From contig NC_081375.1 of the NCBI RefSeq assembly GCF_030684315.1, forward strand, positions 31,113,073 to 31,177,072: a DNA stretch of 64,000 bases, given 5' to 3'. A program made the position numbers and the translations under genes. Origin of the DNA: Stegostoma tigrinum (taxonomy: Eukaryota). The notes beneath the pieces were generated by a model. It did not search any database and had not been told where the DNA came from. It was given only the letters and a program-made list of their open reading frames with translations. The stretch's first letter is position 1. Each line of letters opens with the position of its first letter. Positions 14,176 to 25,624 of the stretch are shown here, one piece after another.

Positions 14176-16024
14176 ATTAGTACTGGCTATCAAAAAAATT
14201 ACAAACTTGTAAAAGATACACTGGAAGAGTCAAGAGGTAGTGAGATTGAGCTGGCTGTTACTAACGTATCTATGGAATTGGTCATTATATCCTCTGGTGT
14301 TGCTGACCCAAAAGGAACTATATAGGTGAGAAACGATACGCATCAATGGAGCTCAAGAATCAACAATGTACCATACAAAAACAAGACAGTGTGCAAGTAT
14401 CCCTAGCTAGGTACATGTAAGTATAGCCAGAGAAATCTCACTTAGCTGGGGCAATTGAAGAGAGGCATTGTTGAACAAGGACCAGAAAAAGTAGTTTACG
14501 CAAATAAATTTATCACACCAAGAGTTGACTCTATTGGCAACTGGAGCTTGCAGAGCACAAACTTCAAAGATATTGGTTCAGGGCAAAGTTGCAGTCTTCT
14601 GGTTGGGATTCTGCTATAGCTGTTCCAATGAGATGGTTGTGGGCCAAGTGTTTGTTTAGAATGGCAAGATAACAAGTGCAAATAAATGCAAAAGACTTAA
14701 GGAGATATCTGACTATAGACTAACTTCACAGTCCATAATGATCATAGTCGAAGAGTTTTGCCAGACAGCATGACAGGTCCCGAGTGACCCTACTCAGGCA
14801 AACAAGTTGTGCACCATACATGTGTAGTCTTGCAAAGCTGGGTGAGGTATGTACATGTTGAGAGGGTGACTGTGCAGACCAAAAGCTGAAATATTGTACT
14901 TAAATTCTGTTAAGAGTGAATTTGAGGCTCATTATTTCTGAACCTATCACTCAAAGAAAGTAGAGTTGAAAGGAACATATGAATGGTGGAGGACAGAAGG
15001 GAAGTATTCAGTAATGACCTTGTTCACGATCAAGGCTACTTGTCATTTCACACAGCTAGAAAAGTATAATCGGGTTGGCTGCAAATACAAGTTGGATACT
15101 TTATATGGAGGGAACAGCCAAGGGATGAAAAGTTGGCATGAAGATCAAAGAAAACAAGTGAGTTAAGATGGCTACTCAATTAGAGTCAAATTGTTTATTG
15201 CACTGACTGAGAAGAGAATGACAATATCTGGATGCAAAATGCAGTACAGAAGCCTTGGATAGGCAGCAGCAAATGAGAGTTTTAAAAGACCAATAGCACT
15301 ACAGAATAATGTATCGTGTTCAAAGGAAGAACAATTATTTGGGAAATAATGGGGCAGCACAGTAGGGAATTTGATCAGATTACAAAAATAGTTTGAGCAG
15401 GGAAGATGCTGGAAGACCAAAGCACCTGGAAACACTTCAGCAAGGGTCAAGTTTCTATCGAGGCTAGAACTGACCATTTTAACTGACTCCAGTTGTCAAA
15501 AGCACAGGTGTGGAGGGGTTATAATGGCAAAAATGAAGTAATCCACATTGTAAACAGGACATGCAGCTATCCTCAAGGTAACAGCCTTGAATCTTTTCAG
15601 AGTGGAACTTAAACAAAACAGATTGTGGAACTTTATATACGTTAACTGCCAAATTGATTTCTCCAGCTCAAAGATTTTATGTACATTTGGACAAGCTAAC
15701 AGATGAGAAAATATGGTTCAGCGTTACAGAGTTAATTTCATCCATCCTAAAGTTCTTCAGATGGGTAACTATTTTTAAGCATAGCTGACAGGTCATGTTA
15801 ATGTAAAATGACACTGGCCAACTAGTTGGCTCTGTTATTGGATAGATTAACATAAGGCCAAATAATTCTTCACTAAATATATCTGCATCTATGTAACAGA
15901 TAAGGTGGTATCAGACTCGAGTGAAAAGGAGAAACTGATTTTGCAACGGGTATTAACCCTATTGTTCTGTAGCCATTCATTCCCAAATCTAACCACGGTA
16001 GAATCAAAGAGTGAAGTTCACCCT

Positions 16025-16230
16025 AGTTAACAAAGTGTGGAGCTGGATGAACACAGCAGGCCAAGCAGCATCTTAGGAGCACAAAAGCTGACGTTTCGGG
16101 TGAAGGGTCTAGGCCCGAAACGTCAGCTTTAGTGCTCCTAAGATGCTGCTTGGTCTGCTGTGTTCATCCAGCTCCATGCTTTGTTATCTCGGATTCTCCA
16201 GCATCTGCAGTTCGCATTATCTCTGATACA
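16025..16230 (+). mobile_element. Short palindromic Penelope-derived element with TSD
   Basis: Arms 16028-16100 and 16114-16186 are inverted; TSD AAGTTCACCCT at 16014-16024 and 16231-16241. Confidence 0.85.
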
Positions 16231-17100
16231 AAGTTCACCCTTTGGACCGGATGCCATCATGTTTTTTTTCAGGTCACAAAAATAACTCCTCTGTTTCTCG
16301 ACTGAAATTATTTAAATTTTTCAACTGACTTCCGCAAGACTGGTCCCGAAATCCAACCCTGCTACTCAGTTACTCAGGAAAAAGCATGTTGGAAGTATTC
16401 GGCCAGCTGAGTACATTGACTTGAAACATGAACTTTGTTTCCCGCCCCACGGAAACGGCCAGATTTGCGAAGGACTGGCAACACTTTTAATTTCAGCTTC
16501 CCGGCGTCCGCAAATGTTTCGCTGTTCTTTTAGGTTCACTCTCTCTTTCCCTCAGCCCCCACCCCGCTGTTGCTGCCTCAGAACAGACAAACCCCACATA
16601 TCAAACAGCCTGCAGCCACAGTCGGTGTGGAGAGACTGCAGAGTGACCGCTGCCCACCTCATCCTCTCGAACTGCCCCGTCCTCGTCTGGCCCCACCGCG
16701 TTTCCAAATCGGGATTTGCCACACTAGGGTTAGGATCCAATTTCCACCTCCCCCCTCCAAACAAGCCGCCACCTCTCCCCAACTACCCCCCGGCCCCGCA
16801 TCTTTCTCAGGGTGGTACTGATGCTGGTGGGATGAGTCAGGTCAAAGTGAGCGGGGCCGGGCCAGTCCACGCTGCCGGCCGCCTTCTCCTCCACCACATG
16901 GAGCGCCCTACCCCGCTCTCCTGTCCATCCTCGGGAAACGGAGGCAGGCCTGGGCGATCACCCAATGGCGCAGTGCCCGGTGTGCGTGCAGGACGTGAAA
17001 CCCTGAGCTGATGTGGGCGAGTGACCGTGGGGGTGTGTGCATGTGTGTTTGTGGGGAGCTGGTCATGAGGCCTCCCCCACCTCCGGGGGCCTCTCCTTAC

Positions 17101-17229
17101 CTTGACAGTGCTCAAGGATAAAGAGAAAGTTTCGTGGTAGTTGTGCTTAGTCCAGTCGTAGGAATCCTTTAGCTCGGGGCGAGCGCTGCGCTTAGCTTCT
17201 TTTATTCTCTTCTTAGCTTTGTGATTCAT
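17101..17229 (-). CDS. JMJD6: JMJD6 coding exon 1 (aa 1-43)
   Basis: ATG at 17229; [31 protein letters not shown] matches the JMJD6 N-terminus; ends AAG|gtaagg, 129 nt, phase 0. Confidence 0.97.
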
Positions 17230-17526
17230 TTCTTAAAATCGACGGACGCCAGGCTTTCACACCACCCCCCACCCACTCTGTTACCGTCGCGATACCGCCG
17301 GCGGAGGGAAACCCTTCCAGAATCTTCAGCCACTTCCCCCGCACCGGCTCCGTCAATCACATCACGGCTAGGAAGTCCCGCCCAGTCCGCCGCCGGAGCC
17401 TTTACCGATTGGTCCCGATGAAACCCGCCCTCCCTTAAGGAGGAGCGTACATCTGATTGGTTCTGGCTACTGCCACTCGTATGACATTCCTGGGACACGC
17501 CCTCTTCTCGGCGGTTTGGTGATACC
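17230..17526. promoter_or_regulatory. Bidirectional CpG-island promoter shared by JMJD6 and METTL23
   Basis: Only 297 bp between divergent ATGs; CpG-rich; GGAAGT-CCCGCCC (ETS core + GC box) 17371-17383, ATTGG (inverted CCAAT) at 17408 and 17456, CCCGCCC 17424-17430. Confidence 0.85.
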
Positions 17527-17628
17527 ATGAGCGGCCTGTGGCCTCCCCCGTCCAAGCGCTTTGTGTTTGTAGAGGAAGGGCCACCCGGGGTCGGGGATGT
17601 CGAGCGGCTGGAGGTCGCTGTGCCCGAG
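17527..17628 (+). CDS. METTL23: METTL23 coding exon 1 (N-terminal 34 aa)
   Basis: accATGa; MSGLWPPPSKRFVFVEEGPPGVGDVERLEVAVPE|gtggtt; phase 0 joins in frame to VLDPQYGMYVWP. Confidence 0.8.
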
Positions 17629-18227
17629 GTGGTTGATAGTCTTCGTCATCTTGTTGCTTGGGGCGGGGGATGGAATGGAAATTAAACCTCTTGTGGGGTT
17701 GCTGCGAGAAGAGAAAAGCAGAGCTAAAACAGAAAGTCGCTGGTGAAGCTCAGCAGGTCTGGCAGAATCTGTGGAGAGATAAAGCAGAGTTTTTTTGTTT
17801 AATTCATTCATGGACTGAGGGTATCGCTGACTAGGCAGCATTTATTGCCCATTGCTAATCAGCCAAAAGCTTATGTGTTGTTAGACAAATTGAATAGCAT
17901 TGCTTGTAGTAGCACTGCCTTAGATCACAACACTGTCGTTAAAGTCCAGACAGCTATTTACAGCAGACCTGTAATTTGAAGTGAATGTATGGATGTACAG
18001 GTGCAATATGATATCTGAGGAGATAGTATGAAGGTATGATGACATTGTGATTTAAGGTGAAGGTAAAGAAGCCCTGCAGGACACTTTAAATTTATGAGAA
18101 TACTGTGATACCATTCATTATTTTGACGTCATGCTCACCTGATTTGAAACAGCTTCAGTGAAGAATAGTTAGAAAGCTCTGTCTAATGACTGTCAGTTTT
18201 GCATGCAGAATTGTGGGTCTTACATCT

Positions 18228-18836
18228 GGTTAGCTTTTATTAATAGAGGGATCGAGTTCCGGAACCAAGAGGTTATGGTGAAGCTGTACAAAACTCTGGT
18301 GCGGCCGCACTTGGAGTATTGTGTACAGTTCTGGTCACCACATTATAAGAAGGATGTGGAAGCTTTGGAAAGGGTGCAGAGGAGATTTACTAGGATGTTG
18401 CCTGGTATGGAGGGAAGGTCTTACGAGAAAAGGCTGAGGGACTTGTGGCTGTTTTCGTTAGAGAGAAGAAGGTTGAGAGGTGACTTAATTGAAACATATA
18501 AAATAATCAGAGGGTTAGATAGGGTGGATAGGGAGAGCCTTTTTCCTAGGATGGTGACGGTGAGCACGAGGGGGCATAGCTTTAAATTGAGGGGTGAAAG
18601 GTATAGGACAGATGTCAGAGGTAGTTTCTTTACTCAGAGAGTAGTAAGGGAATGGAACGCTTTGCCTGCAACGGTAGTAGATTCGCCAACTTTAGGGTAC
18701 ATTTAAGTCGTCATTGGACAAGCATATGGATGTACGTGGAATAGTGTAGGTTAGATGGGCTTGAGATCGGTATGACAGGTCGGCACAACATCGAGGGCCG
18801 AAGGGCCTGTACTGTGCTGTAATGTTCTATGTTCTA
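18228..18836 (+). mobile_element. Young 5'-truncated CR1 LINE
   Basis: Uninterrupted ~155 aa LAFINRGIEFR...LYKTLVRPHLEYCVQFWSPHY...FFTQRVVREWNALP; tail TGTTCTATGTTCTA. Confidence 0.93.
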
Positions 18837-18845
18837 AAAGCAGTT

Positions 18846-19095
18846 CTAAGCCAACCACATTGCTGTGGGTGGGGGGGTCACATGTCGACCAGCCCAGATA
18901 AGGAAGGCAGTTTCTTTCCCTGAAGGACATGAGTGAACCAGATGGGTTTTTATTTTCCCAATCGACAATGGATTCACAGTCATCATGAGACTCTTAATTG
19001 CAGATATTTTATTGAATTTAAATTTTACCATCTACCATGGCAAGATTTGAACCTGGGTCTCTGGATTAACAGTCCATTCGGCCATTACATCCCTA
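18846..19095 (-). mobile_element. tRNA-derived SINE (second family; related copies ~10715-10935 + and ~44115-44420 +)
   Basis: Shared segments GGACTGTTAATCCAGAGACCCAGGTTCAAATC...GTCTCATGATGAC.GTGAA.CCATT...CCTTCAGGGAA between copies. Confidence 0.6.
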
Positions 19096-19183
19096 AATAA
19101 GGCATATGTTGATGTGGAGATGTTTGGGCATAGTCCCCCAGTTCTGAAGAAGAGTCATACCAGACTGGAAACGTTACTTTCTT

Positions 19184-19444
19184 GGTTGTGAGTTTGCTCG
19201 CTGAGCTGGAAGGTTAGTTTTCAGACATTTCATCACCATTCTAAGTAACATCATCAGTGAGCCTCTGATGGAGTGCTGGTGTTTTTGTCCTGCTTTCTGT
19301 TTATCTGTTTAGGTTTCCTTGGGTTGGTAATGTGATTTCCTGCATTGGTGATGTCATTTCCTGTTCTTTTTCTCAGAGGAGGTAGATTGATTTGGAGCCA
19401 ATGTGTTTGTTGATGGAGTTCCAGTTGGAATGCCATGCTTCTAG
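19184..19444 (-). mobile_element. Penelope-like (Poseidon-type) 3' fragment with TSD
   Basis: Homologous to 59590-59850 (AF.WNSINKHI..L.P); TSD GTTACTTTCTT at 19173-19183 and 19445-19455. Confidence 0.75.
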
Positions 19445-22400
19445 GTTACTTTCTTATTAAGTAAGGACTGAAGGGATTTCTTCCAAGGACCAGCAGAAGT
19501 GATTAGACTGCTTTAGCGTAATGGTCTGCACATTGTTGTGGGCCGAAGGGCTGGTTCCTGTGTTAAACAGTTCTGTTTTATTTTTCCACAGATGCTGCCA
19601 AATCTGCTGACCTTCTATGGCAATGTTCTACTTTTGTTTCAGATTTCCAGCATCCACAGTTCTTTTGTTTATTTTGCAAGAGAGAAATTCAGGATGTGGT
19701 TGTCTTGGTTAATTTGATGACCACCTTCTTTGTCTCCCAACGGAAGATGAAAATCTAGTGTCCCCTTTTTCCAGTTGCCTTTCTCTCATGTGCCTCACGC
19801 AAGCTACCATTTTCCCCAACTTCGCTGAGTTTTTCAAAACATGGAAAACATCCCTGTCTGAGCAGGGGAAAGGGATGCAGTGGGTGCAGAACCAGCCCAA
19901 GGAAAGGGGATTAACCTTTCCTGCATAAGGCTGGGACTTTGGGGTTGTGCTGCGTCAGTGAAAGCATTTCCTCAGTATTGTCATCGGACCCAAACCTCTT
20001 TTTTTATTAACTCTGAAGATTTAAAGAAGGCTTTCAATAGCATTCATTGAGAGAATTGCACAACACCATCCTGGAAGAGGTCAAAATGCAATACTATGAT
20101 TACAGTTAATGCATTGTGACCAGCATGGGAAGATTATAAATTGTCTCCGTTCCTTTGCTTCTTGATCACTGATTTTTATCCTGAGGAAGGCAATATGGGA
20201 TGTTGACACTGGCATGCTGTGGCAACACCACCAGTTTTACAGTTAATGTTGTTTTGCTGGCTGAAGAATCCTATGCATTTTCAAAACATGAATGCCAGTC
20301 TGGGGAGTGGGTGGCACCAAGATTGACCTATTCATCACCTATGAGAAGACTAAGGCAATGATAACTAGATGGCACCCATGTGCCATTCACATCAGTAACA
20401 TGTCCTTAAAGGCTTCATCCACTTTCCCAACCTGGGAAGTCATTGTGGGTGGGGGGGGGGGGGGCGGTGGTGGGGGGGCGGTGGCGGGTGGAGGGGTCAG
20501 TTGTAATTCTACATTTGTGATAGTGCCAACCCTAATCTCTTCCAGCAGGACATGGAAGAGAACAGCAAAGGTGCTGTGTAGGTTGGCTATCTTTGACCAC
20601 TATGGTCTGCACGAGATCCTGGCTATCACATATTGAAATAGCATTATCAACAAACAGAGCTCTGGTTAAAGGCAGCTGCCGGATACTGTGATGCAGGAAT
20701 GACTGAGAATGGTGGAGCAGTTTTTTTGCCTCCCTTATGTATTACCTGCCACATTCGAAGTTCAGTTTTCACTGTCAGATCCAAAAAGTGATGAGATTGA
20801 CGAAGAAAGACCTGACAAAGTATATCTCAAAGTGACCTTCAAGAATGGGACACTGTTTGGGTTTGAGTGGCATATTGCAGTGCATCTGTGGCATCATTAA
20901 AGGAACTAAGTGTATATTTTTTGTTTGCTGATTTTGTATCATCGAATACAATTAGAAGCATATTTATGGAAGGACCCGTTTCCATTTTTGAATAATTGTA
21001 CAGCATGCTATTCTTGTTTTTTTTCTGCTGTTGTGGAGTACAACATCAAAACAATTTTTGAGAACAATTTTTAACAAGTAGGATAAATAAAAATAATACT
21101 TTAACTGCATATTTCAAAATTACAATCTAATATTATAACATTACTGTACAAAATGTTTCCTCAACAGATCAATTCATAAGGTAACTGCCACATTATTTCC
21201 TACCATCAAAACTGGTGAAGGAAACCAAATGTCTAGCTGTATTTTCCCATTTTTATTTCCTTGAGTTCCAATCAGCCTTACAATGAAATTTAACTCAATT
21301 ACTAAATGTATGATTCAGCATTCTCTTCATTATCATTTAAAATATATTCAGTTAATTTATAAGGTTGAATTTAGATCCAAAAGGTTATACAACACCAATT
21401 AAACATCAACATTTGTCTGATTTTAATTTTCCATCTCTATAATGTTTGAAAAAATACAATTATACAAAATATATAATAAACTAGACTTGGGAGTAAATCA
21501 CAAAATATTGCACAGAAGGAGGGGATTTGACCCCAGGATCTGCACCAGCTCTTGTAAGAAGTTAGTTTTGCTCTTTTGCTTGCTCTTCACTTTTCAGCAA
21601 TTTGTCTGCTTCAGGATTTTTTCCCAATTCAGTTTGAAGACGATTGTTAAATCTTGGAATTATTAATGCTGCTGTTTATTACTGTAGTACTGCAAAATGG
21701 TTCCTTGTGAAAGATGGCTCAATGAAGTGAAACAAGTGAAGGATTCAGTAATGTGAATTTGCAAGACAATGTGTTTTATATCCTCAGAGTAGATGGAATT
21801 TGATTTTACCATTGTGTGATATATAGCATTGTGACACAGTACTGAAGAGATGGTGCAATCAGTAGCAGTCGCCTTCAGTTTCTACAGTGGGCTTGGACTC
21901 AATGGCTTTGACTCACCGAAGTGGGAGTATTGACAATAAACCATGTTTAACAAAGACAGTTAATTTGTTTTAAAGATTAATTATCTTTTAATTTAACACA
22001 GCAGACAATTTTCACAGGGGATGCCACAAACAACATTGAGATGAATGATCCTCTGTGCTACCTGATCCCTAAACTTCCTTCTCAATTCAGAATTCTTAAA
22101 TATAATGTTGTTGCACAAATCTGTGCCCATCTCAACACCAACGAAATGTTTAAACCTCTCCAATTTAGTTCCTGATGTTGTCCCAGAGCTGAAACGGCTC
22201 TAATCAAATTCACCAATTATATCCTTAGTGCTCAATGCACAGTATCCCTTCATTTATTTGCGGCATTTGACACAACCAACCACACCATTTCGCGTTCATT
22301 TTCTCTCGAGCTTTGGGTAACAAAGTAAGAATACTGTCATCTGGTTCTATTTTACTTGTTCATTTTGTGTCAGGAAATCTCATCTGGTGCACAGGCCAAT

Positions 22401-22551
22401 GGGCAGATCTGAGGATGTCATGGGTCCGTACCAGGCCTTGGCTGGCCGTCAGGCAACAAATTTATTTCCTCTCCCCAAAAAGTTACTGCTGAGGGTCAGT
22501 GGGTCTAAAAAAGGGTCTGCCTTTCTCCAAATCTGGTCTTTTATGCATTCC

Positions 22552-22794
22552 AAGATGACAAAATGTGGGGCTGGATGAACACAGCCGGCCAAGCAGCACC
22601 TTAGGAGCACAAAAGCTGACGTTTCGGGCCTAGACCCTTCATGAGAAAAGAAGCTTTTCTCATGAAGGGTCTAGGCCCGAAACGTCAGCTTTTGTGCTCC
22701 TAAGGTGCTGCTTGGCCGTCTGTGTTCATCCAGCCCCACACTTTGTCATCTCGGATTCTCCAGCATCTGCAGTTCCCATTATCTCTGATCACAA
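22552..22794 (+). mobile_element. Short palindromic Penelope-derived element with TSD
   Basis: 98-bp inverted arms 22553-22650 / 22654-22751 with a 3-nt loop; TSD TTTT(A/G)TGCATTCC at 22539-22551 and 22795-22807. Confidence 0.88.
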
Positions 22795-23155
22795 TTTTGT
22801 GCATTCCTATTTCATATGTCCCTTCCCTGGCCACACTGACAAGCTGTTTGTTCAGCCGCCTTGTCATGATTCTCTGCAATTCCGCCCACAAACAACAATA
22901 ACTCCCCACTTGTCCAAGAAGCTGTTTAAAGATTACCTATCATCAACTGTTTCGTTACAAGTATGAATATTTTCCCAAAGAAGAAAATGATACATTTAGT
23001 AAATCAGGCAACATTTATCAAGAGTGTATTTCAAGCCAATAGCCTTTCAGCAAAATGTTTTCCTCTGTAGCTTATCAATTTTTTCAAGGTGAGGTTCCTG
23101 TTAAGTGTCCTTTACCAGGTTAAAAATGCAATATAAATGTAAGTTTTTTTTTCAG

Positions 23156-23260
23156 GTACTGGATCCCCAATATGGTATGTACGTATGGCCATGTGCTGTG
23201 GTACTAGCACAATATGTGTGGTTTTCCAGAAACACAGTTAGAGGGAGAACCTTTTTAGAG
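23156..23260 (+). CDS. METTL23: METTL23 coding exon 2
   Basis: ttttttcag|VLDPQYGMYVWPCAVVLAQYVWFSRNTVRGRTFLE|gtaaat; 105 nt. Confidence 0.96.
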
Positions 23261-23920
23261 GTAAATGGAACTAACTTGATTTTGAATTACTACCCACGTA
23301 GAAAATAGGTGATAAATTAGAATACCAGTTGGATGATTTCGTGTAATTTCCCTCAGGATGCTGGCTTTTACCATAGCCTGATACATGTCCGGAACATGGT
23401 CGACTCAATCCGGGTTGTCAAACCATCAGGAACAAAAACAAAGTTGCTGGAAAAACTCAGCAGGTCTAGCAGCATCTGTGGAGGAGAAAACAGGGTTAAC
23501 GTCTTGTGTACGGTGACCCTTCTTCAGCAGGAATTGCGGCTGTTGCCAAAGAGCCGCTGCTCAGGAATTTGCATTTCCCCCATCACTGGTTAGAGTGGCT
23601 GGCGGAGGGAAGGACCTTGGATGTAGTATCCATCAATGCCCTCTGACTTTAGAAATAGGTGAACATTGCGTGGGATACAGTGCTTTATTTACCCCCTCCG
23701 TTTTGAGTTGGCAACACCCCAGCCTTCAGTTTTATGGCTTGTATTGCCCTTAACGTGCTTTGCTTATAAATATTCACCTGGCTACCGAATGTTTTACTGG
23801 TGGTGGTCAGTAGGTTAAAACAAACAAACAAAAAAACCCATCAGGTTAAATTTGATGATGAGAAGGTTGCTCAATTATGTGTGAGATAAATCTACTGGGT
23901 AAGAATGGGGGAAAAAAAAT

Positions 23921-24119
23921 CCGTGATAATGGGAACTGCAGATGCTGGAGAATCCAAGATAATGAAATGTGAGGCTGGATGAACACAGCAGGCCCAGCAG
24001 CATCTCAGGAGCACAAAAGCTGACGTTTCCGGCCTAGACCCTTCATCAACGTCAGCTTTTGTGCTCCTGAGATGCTGCTGGGCCTGCTGTGTTCATCCAG
24101 CCTCACATTTTATCATCAT
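23921..24119 (-). mobile_element. Short palindromic Penelope-derived element
   Basis: Arms 23958-24027 / 24048-24117; flanked by A8T on both sides (possible TSD). Confidence 0.85.
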
Positions 24120-24608
24120 AAAAAAAAATGTCATTTTTGCTCCGTAAGAGGATTGGATTTGAAAGAAAATGCCCCCTGCTGGCTAAGACTGACTCTTTAT
24201 TATCAGGAAATGGTTTACACAGTTTCCACCTAAAAGTTAGCAAATCAGGCAACTTCTGAGCTGGTCTCTTAAAAAGGATAGAAATAGGTATGATACTTTA
24301 AAAGATTACCCGATGCTTATGCAAAATTGCATTCAAATTCTTAAAATTGGAATCTTATACAGCTTTTTAAATAATATATGGTTATATCATAAAGATTAGT
24401 ACTTCACGTATTTTCTTCCAAAAATCAGTGCTGTTATGTGAGTCACCATTTACACCTCTTGCTAGATTAACTGACCTGTACAAAAATAGTGATTCCATTT
24501 GCAAATAAAAAGCTGCAAGACTTTAAAATTACAAAAGTAGAATTTTAAAATTATATTCAAAGTGTAATATTTTCAATGTAATAATGCAGTAACTAATTTT
24601 GTTTTCAG

Positions 24609-24846
24609 ATTGGAGCTGGTGCGGGCTTACCTGGCATAGTGGCAGCAAAATGTGGTGCCAGTGTGATTTTATCGGATGCTGCAGAGATTCCAAATTGCTT
24701 GGATAACTGCCGCCTCAGTTGCCAGATTAATAAACTTGAGGATGTGCCAGTCATCGGATTAACCTGGGGGCAAATATCACCTGATCTCGTGTTGTTACCG
24801 CAGATAGACGTAATTCTGGGCTCTGATGTGTTTTATGACACTGAAG
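24609..24846 (+). CDS. METTL23: METTL23 coding exon 3 (SAM-binding motif I, DxxY motif)
   Basis: ttttcag|IGAGAGLPGIVAAKCGASVILSD...GLTWG...ILGSDVFYDTE(D)|gtaaag; 238 nt; seven-beta-strand (METTL21-like) methyltransferase motifs. Confidence 0.96.
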
Positions 24847-25228
24847 GTAAAGGTTTAATATTTACAAACCCTATATTTCTACATTATGATAGAAAGGATT
24901 TTCTTATGTTTTGGATTGACCAAAAAATGTTAGTTACTGCTGTATTTATCTTAGAGGGAAAACAGAATTTCACAGCATATAACTTTGACAGATTATAAAA
25001 ACTCCTTTTCATCAAATTCCACTGAGACAAATTTCATTTAACGGTCTGGACACAAAATTTGGTATATTTCTTTTCACTGCCTTGTAAAACACTTGGGAAT
25101 GTTTTTACAAGTTAATGCAGTATAAATGCGGATTGTTAAAATCAACACCATTAACCATGAAAGAGAACTTGCTAATCGAATGCTCCATCAAGTTATCGAA
25201 CAGCAAAATAAAACAAAGAACAGTGGAT

Positions 25229-25353
25229 CAGGGATAAGGGGAACTGCAGATGCTGGAGAATCTGAGATAACAAAGTTTGAAGCTGGATGAACACAGCAGG
25301 CCAAGCAGCATCTTAGGAGCACAAAAGCTGACGTTTCGGGCCTCGACCCTTCA
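25229..25353 (-). mobile_element. Single-arm Penelope 3' end with TSD
   Basis: Perfect 14-bp TSD AAAGAACAGTGGAT at 25215-25228 and 25354-25367. Confidence 0.85.
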
Positions 25354-25624
25354 AAAGAACAGTGGATGATAGAGATCAAAAACAAAAACTGAAATTACTG
25401 GCAAATCTCAGTAGGGCTGGCGGCATCTGGGGAAAAGTCCTTGTCTGTTTACCCTGTCCATCTCTGGCACAATCTGCAAATATCAGGTGAAAAGTTAGCA
25501 ATCTGACAGTTTCTCTTCATACCTGTTGATTTGAATGCATAATATTTGATTACCTGCAATATTTTTGGTTTCTCTCCCTCTCAAAATATGCTTCTTAAAT
25601 TTACCTTAACTACTACTTGTTGCA

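Noticed and set aside
16421-17011. 196-aa plus-strand ORF and other GC-rich ORFs near JMJD6 exon 1
   Set aside because: CpG-island/intron-1 sequence depleted of stop codons; Pro/Gly/Arg-rich, with no recognisable domain or splice logic
18203-18706. 167-aa intact ORF as a possible domesticated gene
   Set aside because: It is only the C-terminal part of a young 5'-truncated CR1 ORF2, with a chance upstream ATG from flanking DNA
16025-24119. Recurring palindromic repeats considered as CRISPR/REP arrays or pre-miRNAs
   Set aside because: Vertebrate context, dispersed rather than spacer-separated, flanked by TSDs and continuous with Penelope GIY-YIG sequence in longer copies
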